Shown piece by piece: positions 1 to 8,447 of a stretch of 10,453 nt of DNA (positions are counted from its first letter, which is position 1; each line of letters opens with the position of its first letter). The stretch comes from Candidatus Helarchaeota ASGARD archaeon Hel_GB_B (lineage in GTDB: Archaea; Asgardarchaeota; Lokiarchaeia; Helarchaeales; HEL-GB-B). A model generated the notes under the pieces. That model saw only the letters and a list, made by a program, of their open reading frames with translations. It made no database searches and had not been told where the DNA came from. A program made the position numbers and the translations under genes. The stretch covers positions 1 to 10,453 of the forward strand of contig SUPR01000106.1 of assembly GCA_005191425.1 (NCBI GenBank), written 5' to 3'.

Positions 1-98
1 TATTTTATATAGAAAATAGATAAATTTAACTTTTCCAAACCATTATATGTCAAGAATTCTTTATTAATTTCAGAAAAAAAATTTAAGAAATTTATAAT

Positions 99-812
99 AT
101 GAATTATTATGAGAAATATGGTTCGGTAAAAAAGATGAATCGAATTAAATCTAGAAATTTAATTCAAAGATTTGAACGCAAAAAGTTTATTATTTATGAA
201 TATTATCCGTTTATAACAGTTGGATATTTAATTTTTATTTTTATTTCTTGGCTTTTTTATCCAGAATATTCGTCGATATATCCTATAAGTAATTTAGGTA
301 ATTGGTTTCTTAATCCAAGTCCAGGGTGGATATTTTTCTCATTTGGATCTTTCTGGGAAGGAACACTATTAATCCCATTTTATATATGTATTAGAAAAAA
401 GTTAGATTCATTGAACAAAAATTCAGCATGGATGGGTACCACTGCGAATTTAATAGGTTCTATTGGGTTAATTGTGATTTCATTCTTTCCAAATATAATA
501 CAATTTCAAATCATTCACGAAACGGGTGCATTTCTTGCTTTTAGTGGTTTTTTTATGGGAAATATCTTTTATTATATTGCGTTATTAAAATTATTTAAAA
601 AAGAGAGAAAATTTTCGCTCAAAATGTTTATCTTTGCTCTGGCAACTATTTTTATTCCAATATTAACAGGTATTTTTATATTTCAGTATTTTTATACTAA
701 TATACTTGGATGTTTAAATCCGTTATTTGAATGGATAATGTTTTTTCTTATAATATTTCAAGCTTTAGTGATTTATATTTTAATACCAGAAAAACCAGTT
801 CAAAATATATGA
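99..812 (+). CDS. DUF998-like polytopic membrane protein, about 6 TM
   Basis: 237 aa with alternating hydrophobic segments. It carries motifs typical of DUF998 as I recall the family: YPxYS..ISxLG...NP, a mid-protein FP followed by H (FFPNIIQFQIIH), and a C-terminal FEW. Alternative start is Met13 (nt 135). Ends in TGA. Confidence 0.7.
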   Translation: MNYYEKYGSVKKMNRIKSRNLIQRFERKKFIIYEYYPFITVGYLIFIFISWLFYPEYSSIYPISNLGNWFLNPSPGWIFFSFGSFWEGTLLIPFYICIRKKLDSLNKNSAWMGTTANLIGSIGLIVISFFPNIIQFQIIHETGAFLAFSGFFMGNIFYYIALLKLFKKERKFSLKMFIFALATIFIPILTGIFIFQYFYTNILGCLNPLFEWIMFFLIIFQALVIYILIPEKPVQNI

Positions 813-883
813 TTAAACAAAATATAATTTTAACTTTCAATAAGATTAATGAAATTTCTTTTTTAAAATTATTTTCGGCACCA

Positions 884-1234
884 TTAATAATCTAGTAAAG
901 AGCTTAATGTATCGCCAGAAGATTTTCGTTCGATTAAGATTGCATCTACGGGGCAAACCATTTCGCAAGCTAAGCAAAAAAAGCAGTCATTTTCATTTAT
1001 AGGATCAACTTTTAATTTAGAAACTGGATTTCCAGGAGTTGGATATTTAACAAAAACATTAACAGTGCATACATTGATACATCTTAGACACCCATAACAG
1101 ATATCTAAGTCCACTGCAACATTTGTACCATGAATTCCTAATTTATTAGGTGGCTCAATTTCGCCCCATACTGCATGTCCATTGTGATTATCTTTAATTG
1201 TTAAATTTTTTTTAAAATTCGGATCAATCGGCAT
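884..1234 (-). CDS. zfx: Zinc-containing (Zfx-type) dicluster ferredoxin, 2x[4Fe-4S] motifs
   Basis: Collinear with Sulfolobus Zfx (IDPNY..HSGH..GIHG..VDFDLC..ADPVNE..CIFCMACVNVCPVAAI). The equivalent Zn ligands H17, H20, H35 and D77 are present. Cys motifs are C46-x2-C49-x2-C52-x3-C56 and C84-x2-C87-x2-C90-x3-C94-P. Confidence 0.9.
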   Translation of the reverse strand: MPIDPNFKKNLTIKDNHNGHAVWGEIEPPNKLGIHGTNVAVDLDICYGCLRCINVCTVNVFVKYPTPGNPVSKLKVDPINENDCFFCLACEMVCPVDAILIERKSSGDTLSSLLDY

Positions 1235-1375
1235 TTAACTAAAATAAATATTTTATTAAATTAAATTTTTTTGTTAGAATTTTTAAGTAGTAATTTAATA
1301 TATATTCATTCCTAATTTTAAACAGAAAATGAATAATATTTTTTAATAAAAAAATAGAAAAAAGGAAGTTTTAAA

Positions 1376-4300
1376 TTATTTTTTCTCGATTATTAGTTTA
1401 CTACCGCATTTAACACAGACACTACCGCCTGGAGGGATATCTGCACCACAATTTGCACATACATATTGTTTAGGAATCGGGATCGGCTTTATTTCAGAAC
1501 TTGGCGTAGAAGATGCTGGTGTATTAGAAGATAACTTAGATTTTTTGATTTGTTTTTCTGGTTTTTTTAGTTGTTTTTTCTTTTTTTTACTTAAAAGTAA
1601 AGCAATTGGGAGCATGATTGCAATCCCAACTATTAGTCCAATTATTAATGACATATAATCAATAATACTGCTTGCTGGAGTAGGGATTATCGCAACCATT
1701 GAAGTTGATACTTTACTTTCATGACCAGCTTCATCTACCGCAATAATTGTATAACTATATGTCCCTGAAATTAATGGTCCATCAACATAAAAGTTAGTAG
1801 AATAATCAACCATAGATATCAATTGATTATTTCTAAAAATTTTATAGTATTGTATATCTGAGGAAGTAGAATAATCCCAAGTAAGATTTATTAAATTTCC
1901 AGAAAGTGAATAGTCTAAATTTGTAGGAGCTAGCGGAATTATATTGTCCACCCTAAACCTAATAGAAATTACATTGAAATGTCCAATGTTATCTAATATC
2001 TTAATCGTTAGGATATAGGTTCCATCAGGTATATGAGTTGAATTAGTGAAATTCCAGACATCAGAAATAGATAGAATTGTAGATGGATAATATATCGATG
2101 CATTTCCACCTAATATTTGTGCTGTAGCAATACCCGAGCCATTTCCATCATCACTATAACCCGAAATAATAATTTGATTTCCTGACAATATATTTGATGT
2201 AGTACTAATTGAAATAGGATCATTATTATCAATAGTAATTTGTTGAGACATTATCTTTTTTTGTCCAACGATATCTAATAAAACCACTTTAACTGTATAG
2301 AAGTTATCTGAAATTTGTTTACTATTCCAATCTACCACCTGGGTAAACCCACCTGAAGGATCTGAAATTGAATCGATTAAATTAGTCCCGATATAAAACT
2401 CTATTAATATTGGATTAGTTTCAATCCAACTAGCTCGAATAGTTAAATAGCTGCAGAAATTAATATCTCCTTTACTTAAATAATGTCCATCCGAGTCAAT
2501 GATTTCTAAATTTGTAATTACTGGGTATGTATTATCTAAATAAATAGAAACATTTGGAAAAATGTTAGATTTATCAGAATGATCTGTAGTATCATTTAAT
2601 AGTATATAGAACTGCTTTTTGCCATTAAATGAATTTGAAACCCATGTAATGTTAAATTTATTTCCGATAAATGTGGTCGTAGAACTCAGAAGTATGTTAT
2701 TTTGGTCGAACAGTTCTGCAATTGATGGATATATCTCATTATCAAATTGACAAATAAATGTCAATGTTCCATTAAAATATTTATCGCTATTATTATAATT
2801 ATGCCCTGCCATATCAATAATATTTAGAATTTTAGTGCCATTAGGTGCAATATTATCGATATTTACATCAAATTTTTGTATAGTGGACATATTAGAATTA
2901 CCAGCAATATCAATAACTTTTATTTTTAATTTAGCAAGTCCATTCAATCCTACAATGTTCCATTTTAAAGTAGCACGTGTAGTAGTCCCAGTATAATTAG
3001 TCCCTATAAGAGTTGAGCCATTATAGAACTCAACAGCATATATATTTTGTTCAAAGTATGACCCAAAAATTTGTATTTTATCTCTAAACTCCGAATCTCC
3101 CAATAAACTATCATGTGTTATAGTCCAATTGTCAGTAACTCTTGAAACTTCTACTATTGCAGGTGGCGTATTATCTATAAAGATAATGTATGTCGAAGAT
3201 TGTGCAAGACTATTAGTAGAATCATTTGCATATATAACAAGATGGTATTCTCCATCATTTATTAGTCCTAAAGTGCTCCAATTTGCATTATAAATATCAC
3301 CGACTTGGTGTATTAAAGTTACATTTTCAATATGTCCCGATTTATTTGAAATTTCACACCAAACTTTTGAAATACCATTGGGATCTGAAGCGGAGACATT
3401 GATCAATACTTTATCTTTATAGTAAAAACCATTTATTGGGGAATAAATTGGCTCTGAAATGTATGGGATATTTGAATCAATAAAAAAGCTTCGATTTAAA
3501 GTACGATTAATTCCATTACCTAATACATCATTGGCTAAAATTGAAATATTATATGCACCATCAGTATATAATTGGCCGGTAATATTTTCCCAAATACCAG
3601 TCCAAATATTTGTTAAACTTATTCTACTTAAAATAACAGTGGTATTATATGTTTCATTGGTAATATATGCCCAAACATCATATACTCCTGCAAGATCCGT
3701 TATTAGCGTAGTGATTGTGAGGTTTGCGTGGTAAGCTTTATTTTTCTTTGGGGAATAAATTTCTTGAATATCCGGAACGGAATTATCGAAATACAATGAA
3801 ATAAGTTGCGTATTTATATTTCCAATAGTATCATTAGCATATAGAGTTAAATTGTATAATCCATCAGAATATAATGAGGTATCAAATGTATCATTCATGT
3901 AGTATATATTTGAAGTATTGCGTAAAAAGAGATATTTACTGTTCCATGTTTCATTCCAGATCTTTGCGCAAACAACATCTATTTTATGAATGTTTTCAAT
4001 TATTGATGCATTAATTAAGAGGTATTTATTATAATATTGGTTATTTATTGGTGATAATAGCTGAATAATCGGTGGAGTAGAGTCTGGAATTTCGGATGCG
4101 TTCAATCGAGTGCTAATCAAGCTACTGTTATCCATTGCAAGAATCCAGTATCTATAACGGGTACCTTCTATTACATTGAAATCTACGAAACTTAAATCAG
4201 ACGCAGGCAATATTTTTAAAATATATGGATTTTTTTCTGTAGAATTTCGTAGGATTATAAAACGATCGACATCTGGAGATGTAGAATTAGTCCATTCTAA

Positions 4301-7300
4301 TAAAACCGAGCCATCGGGTTTCGCAGTAGCATTAAAATCTGAAGGTGGGTTCGGTGGAATTCCATCTGAAGAGTATTTACTTCGTATAAATGTATAATTC
4401 ATTATTCCTACATTTTTAAAGTCTGTTTCGTTAATCGTCCCATAGACCTTTATTTGTAGATACTGATTTGAAATGTTCCCAATTGTAATTATACCATTAT
4501 ATGTATCTGTAATTGGGTTATAATTCAGCGTCTCATAAGTTATTAATTGAGCGGGATTATTTGTGCCATTATTAATAAAAATATATGCTGATACCGAGTC
4601 CGCTCCAACGTAATGATTATACGGATGTGAAAAACTGACGTTCAATATTAAAGTATTTTCTATTGTTTGATTATCGCTGGGAGTTAAAATATAACATTTT
4701 AATTTCTCTGGGTTATTAGTAGTTATATACGTATCAGGTGAAATAAATTCAAAATTACCCATACCACCAAGTCCGCCCCAAAAAGTATTATTTGTATATC
4801 TAGTTATTGTTAATATATAATCTTGGTCTTCTATGTTGTAAGTAGCCCACCCAGAATCATTAGAGGACATAAATTGAAACGTGCGGTTCACTTCCCAAAT
4901 TGATTTTGTATTGTTCCATTTCAGTCCACCAGTGTGTTCTGCACTTAAAAAGGCAGGAGCAAAAGGTACACCCATATACAATAAATTTAAAGATGATTGG
5001 TGTAAATTTGGAACGTATTTATCTGGATCATAAATTGAATAACTCATATATGGGGTATATTCTGGCCCTAAATTTGTAGAACCTGATAACGTAAAATTCA
5101 GCATAAAAATATTTTGTACATTTGACCAATTTGATCCATGATTAATCGTTATTGGCGTAGGGTTAGATACATTAATGATAGTTGTGTTCTCCCAATATTC
5201 TAATATTAGCCAATCTGCACCGTCTGTAATTAAAGTCGAGGGTAGGAGTAGATATTCACCGTTCTGGAGGTCTGATGAGATTAAGTCACCTCTTAAACTC
5301 CCAGCACCAATTCCAGTAACATATATTTCTTGATAGGTTTCTGGGACATATGGGTCCAGGTTATCAAGTCTTAGGACTGATATAAAGAATTGTCCCAATA
5401 AAGGAAAGCCAGCACCATATAATGTACATCCAGACGCGACATATGATACTGCACTTAGTTGCTTAACACCCGAAATAAGGTCTCCATTTTTTGGGTCATT
5501 TATACCAATTCCATTTGCTTTAATATAAATTTCTCTCTCTAAGACTAATGAGACATTATTTCTATCAAATATAACTACAACAATCGTATAATTCCCAGTT
5601 TGAAATAGCCAATCAGTCGACCATTGAAATCTATATATAACTGATGGCTTTAGGTTAGTTTCATTTATAGTAGACCAATTACTAACAAATTTTCTAATTC
5701 CATATATATAATTTAATTGAAGCCAAGTATATGAATATACTTTAATTGTTGAAATATTAACAGGCCCACTTGTTACATTTATTGTAATGTTAATAAGTTC
5801 AAAATGTTTTTTTGAAATATAGCCTTCGACTGGATTTAATATTTCTGCTTGTAATGATACATTATAATTTATTTTAATTTCTTTTGTTATCTCCTGAGAA
5901 TATCCTTGAGAATATAATTTGATCTCAAAGATATAATTACCATTTGGGATATTATAGAAATTTACTTTATTAAGCATCGATGAAAACCAAGTATCGTTTG
6001 TCATTTGATAAACAACTCCTTTATGCATAATTGATTTATTAACAGAAGTCATTGAAATTAAATGTCCATTATTGTGTGAATCAATTAATAATTTAGTGTA
6101 ATTTGGTTGAGTGCATTCATGCATGTAAATCTCTTTTTTTACACTCGAACTAACATTATAGATAAAGCTAAGAATTTCAGTATTTTGCTCTAAATAAGAT
6201 ATTAAAATATTTCCTGTTATATCTATTGCAATAGAACAAGCGAAATCAGATGTTTTATTTCCATTATTAGTAATATTGATTTTATTCGACCAAATTCCAC
6301 TTGAACTAATATTGAAATACTGAATATCATCATTCTCTCCGCTATAAATAATATGTTTGTTATTATTTGAATCAATTTTGATATAACCATAAGTAGAATA
6401 TCTAGAATCGGTAAATTCGTTTAGAATTTTAATTTCACTGGTTTTACCTGAAATCATTGAATAATTTAAATAGCAGAAGCGGTAGGGTGAGCTAAAATTA
6501 ACTGCCAATAAATGGAATACCATTGATGAGTCTAAATCTGCACTTATTGCCATCAAATTATTCATATTAGTAATATTTACTATAGACCCTAAAATTCCAC
6601 CCAAAAAAATACCACGATAATTTATATTAGTACCATTACTCCATATTGCATAAATGGATGTCCCGGAATTAAGTAAAATTGGGAATTTATTATTTATACC
6701 ATGTGAAATAGCAATTGGAACTCCAAAATTCCCTTTTGTATTATTCACATACATAATAGTCTCAGTAGGGTTCTCTTCCGTAAACGCTATATGAACATTG
6801 TCTAAAGAATCAGTAGCAATTGCAACAAATGTATCATTAAAAGTATTATTTGTAATTTGAACGACTTCCCAGTTAGTCCCATTAAATTTTTGATAAAAAA
6901 CATCAAATGTTGTGGGCTTTACTCTTTTTGAATAAACAACATGAATATTATTATGAGAATCAAGACATGCATCGAAATATAGAACATCTTTTGAATCATC
7001 GTTAAAATTAGAAAAGTCATAAACATTTGATAGGGAAAATTTCGCTTCTGGTGGAATATTATTAAATTTGGACCATATATTCTGGTTTATATAGAAATCT
7101 TTGGGTTTCCAAACATTTAATTCTAATGAATCCACTTGTTTAGGATTAGTAAATTTTACTCTAATTGGAATTGAGGTATTAGTCTCACTATTAGGAGATA
7201 ATAATCTTATGTCATTGATCGGATTAGAAAAATTTACTTTTAATTCTTTTAATTCTCCAATGCCGCGCCAACTTGGCTCATAATCTAGTAACGTATAGGT

Positions 7301-8296
7301 TAATTTTGATGGTTCATCAAAATCTACGAATTCATTATTTTGATAGCTAAAATTTTGAACTCCGCAATTTTTTAGATATAACATAATTGTAGAATATAAT
7401 TCATTTGCAATTCCCTGAGAAGCAGCGGATATTTTTGATAAATTAAGAACATCAAATATGTCTAAAGTAAAGTTATTTAAAGTCCCAAAATTGAAAAAGT
7501 TTGTATAGTCCAGGTGGATTGTTGTCATTTTTTGAACTGGTTTTCCTGCATTGTTCAAAATAATCCATTGCAAATCTGCTTTAGATGCTGAATTTATAGC
7601 ATTTTGAGAAAAAATATCGCTTAGCCCATGTGGTACATCGTTTTTAAATTTAGAAAAAAAGTAATCAAAATTTATTAATCCAGAAAAATTATTCCCAAAA
7701 ATATAGGTCATTAAGTTTGAATTATAATTTTTCGGATTATAAGGAAATGTCCCACGTGATTGAAATGGAAATTTTCCTAAATAATTTACTTTTGGAATTC
7801 CAAATGCATTTTCAAAGTCTTTTATTAAAATATTACAATGGTCAAGAGCTATCTTAGGACTTATTAAAGATGAAGTAGCTATCCCAATGAAGTAATCGGG
7901 TTTCGGAAGATCATAGTAATCAAAAAGATCATATTTATCTAAATGCTTCTGGACAATAAAAAAGACTGCATATTTTCCATTATACTGCGGTAAAGAAAGG
8001 TCTAGTCCGAAATCTAAGTTCGTCCAGTTAAAAATTCCATCAAATGTTAAATTTCCATATCTATCCACATTGATATTTACTGATTCATAAAATTTTCCTG
8101 TTTTATTATAAGTCTCGTAATTATAATTCGTATTAATTCCTTGATTTGTAGTTTCTTTAAATGATTTTGGCGTAGATACAGTATTTGATACAAACATACC
8201 CGAATAGAATAATTGAAATGGTAAAATTGTTGATACCATTAGTGCTAAAATTATGAAATTGTATATTTTATGTATTTTATTGCTCATTTTAATCAT
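1376..8296 (-). CDS. Giant membrane-anchored surface glycoprotein: signal peptide, unknown N-domain, 7-blade beta-propeller, about 12 Ig-like domains, 2 FN3, TM helix, cytoplasmic zinc ribbon
   Basis: Uninterrupted 2306-aa ORF. It has a basic/hydrophobic N-terminus and seven D(S)xxxxH-type blades. Recurring D(N/S)xxP...DGxYxLxIxAxDxxG(N/H) Ig-like units are flanked by two FN3 units (PPNPPSDF..LEW..YRYWILAMD; PLAPTNL..LTW..YSYTIIAVD). A TM helix (MSLIIGLIVGIAIMLPIALLL) precedes KKKKK and CANC-x10-CVKC. There are dozens of N-x-S/T sequons, and an AAGGA lies 6 nt upstream of the ATG. Confidence 0.9.
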   Translation of the reverse strand: MIKMSNKIHKIYNFIILALMVSTILPFQLFYSGMFVSNTVSTPKSFKETTNQGINTNYNYETYNKTGKFYESVNINVDRYGNLTFDGIFNWTNLDFGLDLSLPQYNGKYAVFFIVQKHLDKYDLFDYYDLPKPDYFIGIATSSLISPKIALDHCNILIKDFENAFGIPKVNYLGKFPFQSRGTFPYNPKNYNSNLMTYIFGNNFSGLINFDYFFSKFKNDVPHGLSDIFSQNAINSASKADLQWIILNNAGKPVQKMTTIHLDYTNFFNFGTLNNFTLDIFDVLNLSKISAASQGIANELYSTIMLYLKNCGVQNFSYQNNEFVDFDEPSKLTYTLLDYEPSWRGIGELKELKVNFSNPINDIRLLSPNSETNTSIPIRVKFTNPKQVDSLELNVWKPKDFYINQNIWSKFNNIPPEAKFSLSNVYDFSNFNDDSKDVLYFDACLDSHNNIHVVYSKRVKPTTFDVFYQKFNGTNWEVVQITNNTFNDTFVAIATDSLDNVHIAFTEENPTETIMYVNNTKGNFGVPIAISHGINNKFPILLNSGTSIYAIWSNGTNINYRGIFLGGILGSIVNITNMNNLMAISADLDSSMVFHLLAVNFSSPYRFCYLNYSMISGKTSEIKILNEFTDSRYSTYGYIKIDSNNNKHIIYSGENDDIQYFNISSSGIWSNKINITNNGNKTSDFACSIAIDITGNILISYLEQNTEILSFIYNVSSSVKKEIYMHECTQPNYTKLLIDSHNNGHLISMTSVNKSIMHKGVVYQMTNDTWFSSMLNKVNFYNIPNGNYIFEIKLYSQGYSQEITKEIKINYNVSLQAEILNPVEGYISKKHFELINITINVTSGPVNISTIKVYSYTWLQLNYIYGIRKFVSNWSTINETNLKPSVIYRFQWSTDWLFQTGNYTIVVVIFDRNNVSLVLEREIYIKANGIGINDPKNGDLISGVKQLSAVSYVASGCTLYGAGFPLLGQFFISVLRLDNLDPYVPETYQEIYVTGIGAGSLRGDLISSDLQNGEYLLLPSTLITDGADWLILEYWENTTIINVSNPTPITINHGSNWSNVQNIFMLNFTLSGSTNLGPEYTPYMSYSIYDPDKYVPNLHQSSLNLLYMGVPFAPAFLSAEHTGGLKWNNTKSIWEVNRTFQFMSSNDSGWATYNIEDQDYILTITRYTNNTFWGGLGGMGNFEFISPDTYITTNNPEKLKCYILTPSDNQTIENTLILNVSFSHPYNHYVGADSVSAYIFINNGTNNPAQLITYETLNYNPITDTYNGIITIGNISNQYLQIKVYGTINETDFKNVGIMNYTFIRSKYSSDGIPPNPPSDFNATAKPDGSVLLEWTNSTSPDVDRFIILRNSTEKNPYILKILPASDLSFVDFNVIEGTRYRYWILAMDNSSLISTRLNASEIPDSTPPIIQLLSPINNQYYNKYLLINASIIENIHKIDVVCAKIWNETWNSKYLFLRNTSNIYYMNDTFDTSLYSDGLYNLTLYANDTIGNINTQLISLYFDNSVPDIQEIYSPKKNKAYHANLTITTLITDLAGVYDVWAYITNETYNTTVILSRISLTNIWTGIWENITGQLYTDGAYNISILANDVLGNGINRTLNRSFFIDSNIPYISEPIYSPINGFYYKDKVLINVSASDPNGISKVWCEISNKSGHIENVTLIHQVGDIYNANWSTLGLINDGEYHLVIYANDSTNSLAQSSTYIIFIDNTPPAIVEVSRVTDNWTITHDSLLGDSEFRDKIQIFGSYFEQNIYAVEFYNGSTLIGTNYTGTTTRATLKWNIVGLNGLAKLKIKVIDIAGNSNMSTIQKFDVNIDNIAPNGTKILNIIDMAGHNYNNSDKYFNGTLTFICQFDNEIYPSIAELFDQNNILLSSTTTFIGNKFNITWVSNSFNGKKQFYILLNDTTDHSDKSNIFPNVSIYLDNTYPVITNLEIIDSDGHYLSKGDINFCSYLTIRASWIETNPILIEFYIGTNLIDSISDPSGGFTQVVDWNSKQISDNFYTVKVVLLDIVGQKKIMSQQITIDNNDPISISTTSNILSGNQIIISGYSDDGNGSGIATAQILGGNASIYYPSTILSISDVWNFTNSTHIPDGTYILTIKILDNIGHFNVISIRFRVDNIIPLAPTNLDYSLSGNLINLTWDYSTSSDIQYYKIFRNNQLISMVDYSTNFYVDGPLISGTYSYTIIAVDEAGHESKVSTSMVAIIPTPASSIIDYMSLIIGLIVGIAIMLPIALLLSKKKKKQLKKPEKQIKKSKLSSNTPASSTPSSEIKPIPIPKQYVCANCGADIPPGGSVCVKCGSKLIIEKK
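1943..4085 (-). repeat. Seven tandem about 100-aa Ig-like repeats (protein level)
   Basis: Units begin DSTPP, DNSVP, DSNIP, DNTPP, DNIAP, DNTYP and DNNDP. Each ends with a (DG)xYxxxI/LxxxDxxG(N/H)-like strand pair, degenerate in some units. The units are diverged, with no long exact DNA repeat seen. Confidence 0.8.
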
Positions 8297-8447
8297 TTTT
8301 ATCCTTAAATAATAAAGTTAAATAAAGTAATAAAAAGTCTATAATGAAAATTAAAATTTTGAATATTTATATTTTAATGTTTTATTAAATTAAGATTGAA
8401 AAATATTCAAATTTTTACACAAGAAATATATATGAAATACTTAAAAA
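8297..8447. promoter_or_regulatory. Divergent promoter region for the giant surface protein and the CruF-like gene
   Basis: 151-nt, very AT-rich gap between divergent starts with several TATA-like tracts. The exact TATA/BRE elements cannot be assigned. Confidence 0.45.

Noticed and set aside
1572-1588. A6/A8 runs on the coding strand as a phase-variation tract
   Set aside because: They encode the Lys stop-transfer cluster, and the frame is intact.
1515-1685. TPASS peptide on both sides of the TM helix
   Set aside because: The codons differ (ACT CCA GCA AGC AGT versus ACA CCA GCA TCT TCT), so it is most likely low-complexity linker coincidence.
3459-3734. 91-aa + strand ORF
   Set aside because: Antisense shadow inside the giant gene, with no recognisable motifs.
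4176-4397. 73-aa + strand ORF
   Set aside because: Antisense shadow of the first FN3 domain.
7101-7283. 60-aa + strand ORF
   Set aside because: Antisense shadow inside the giant gene.
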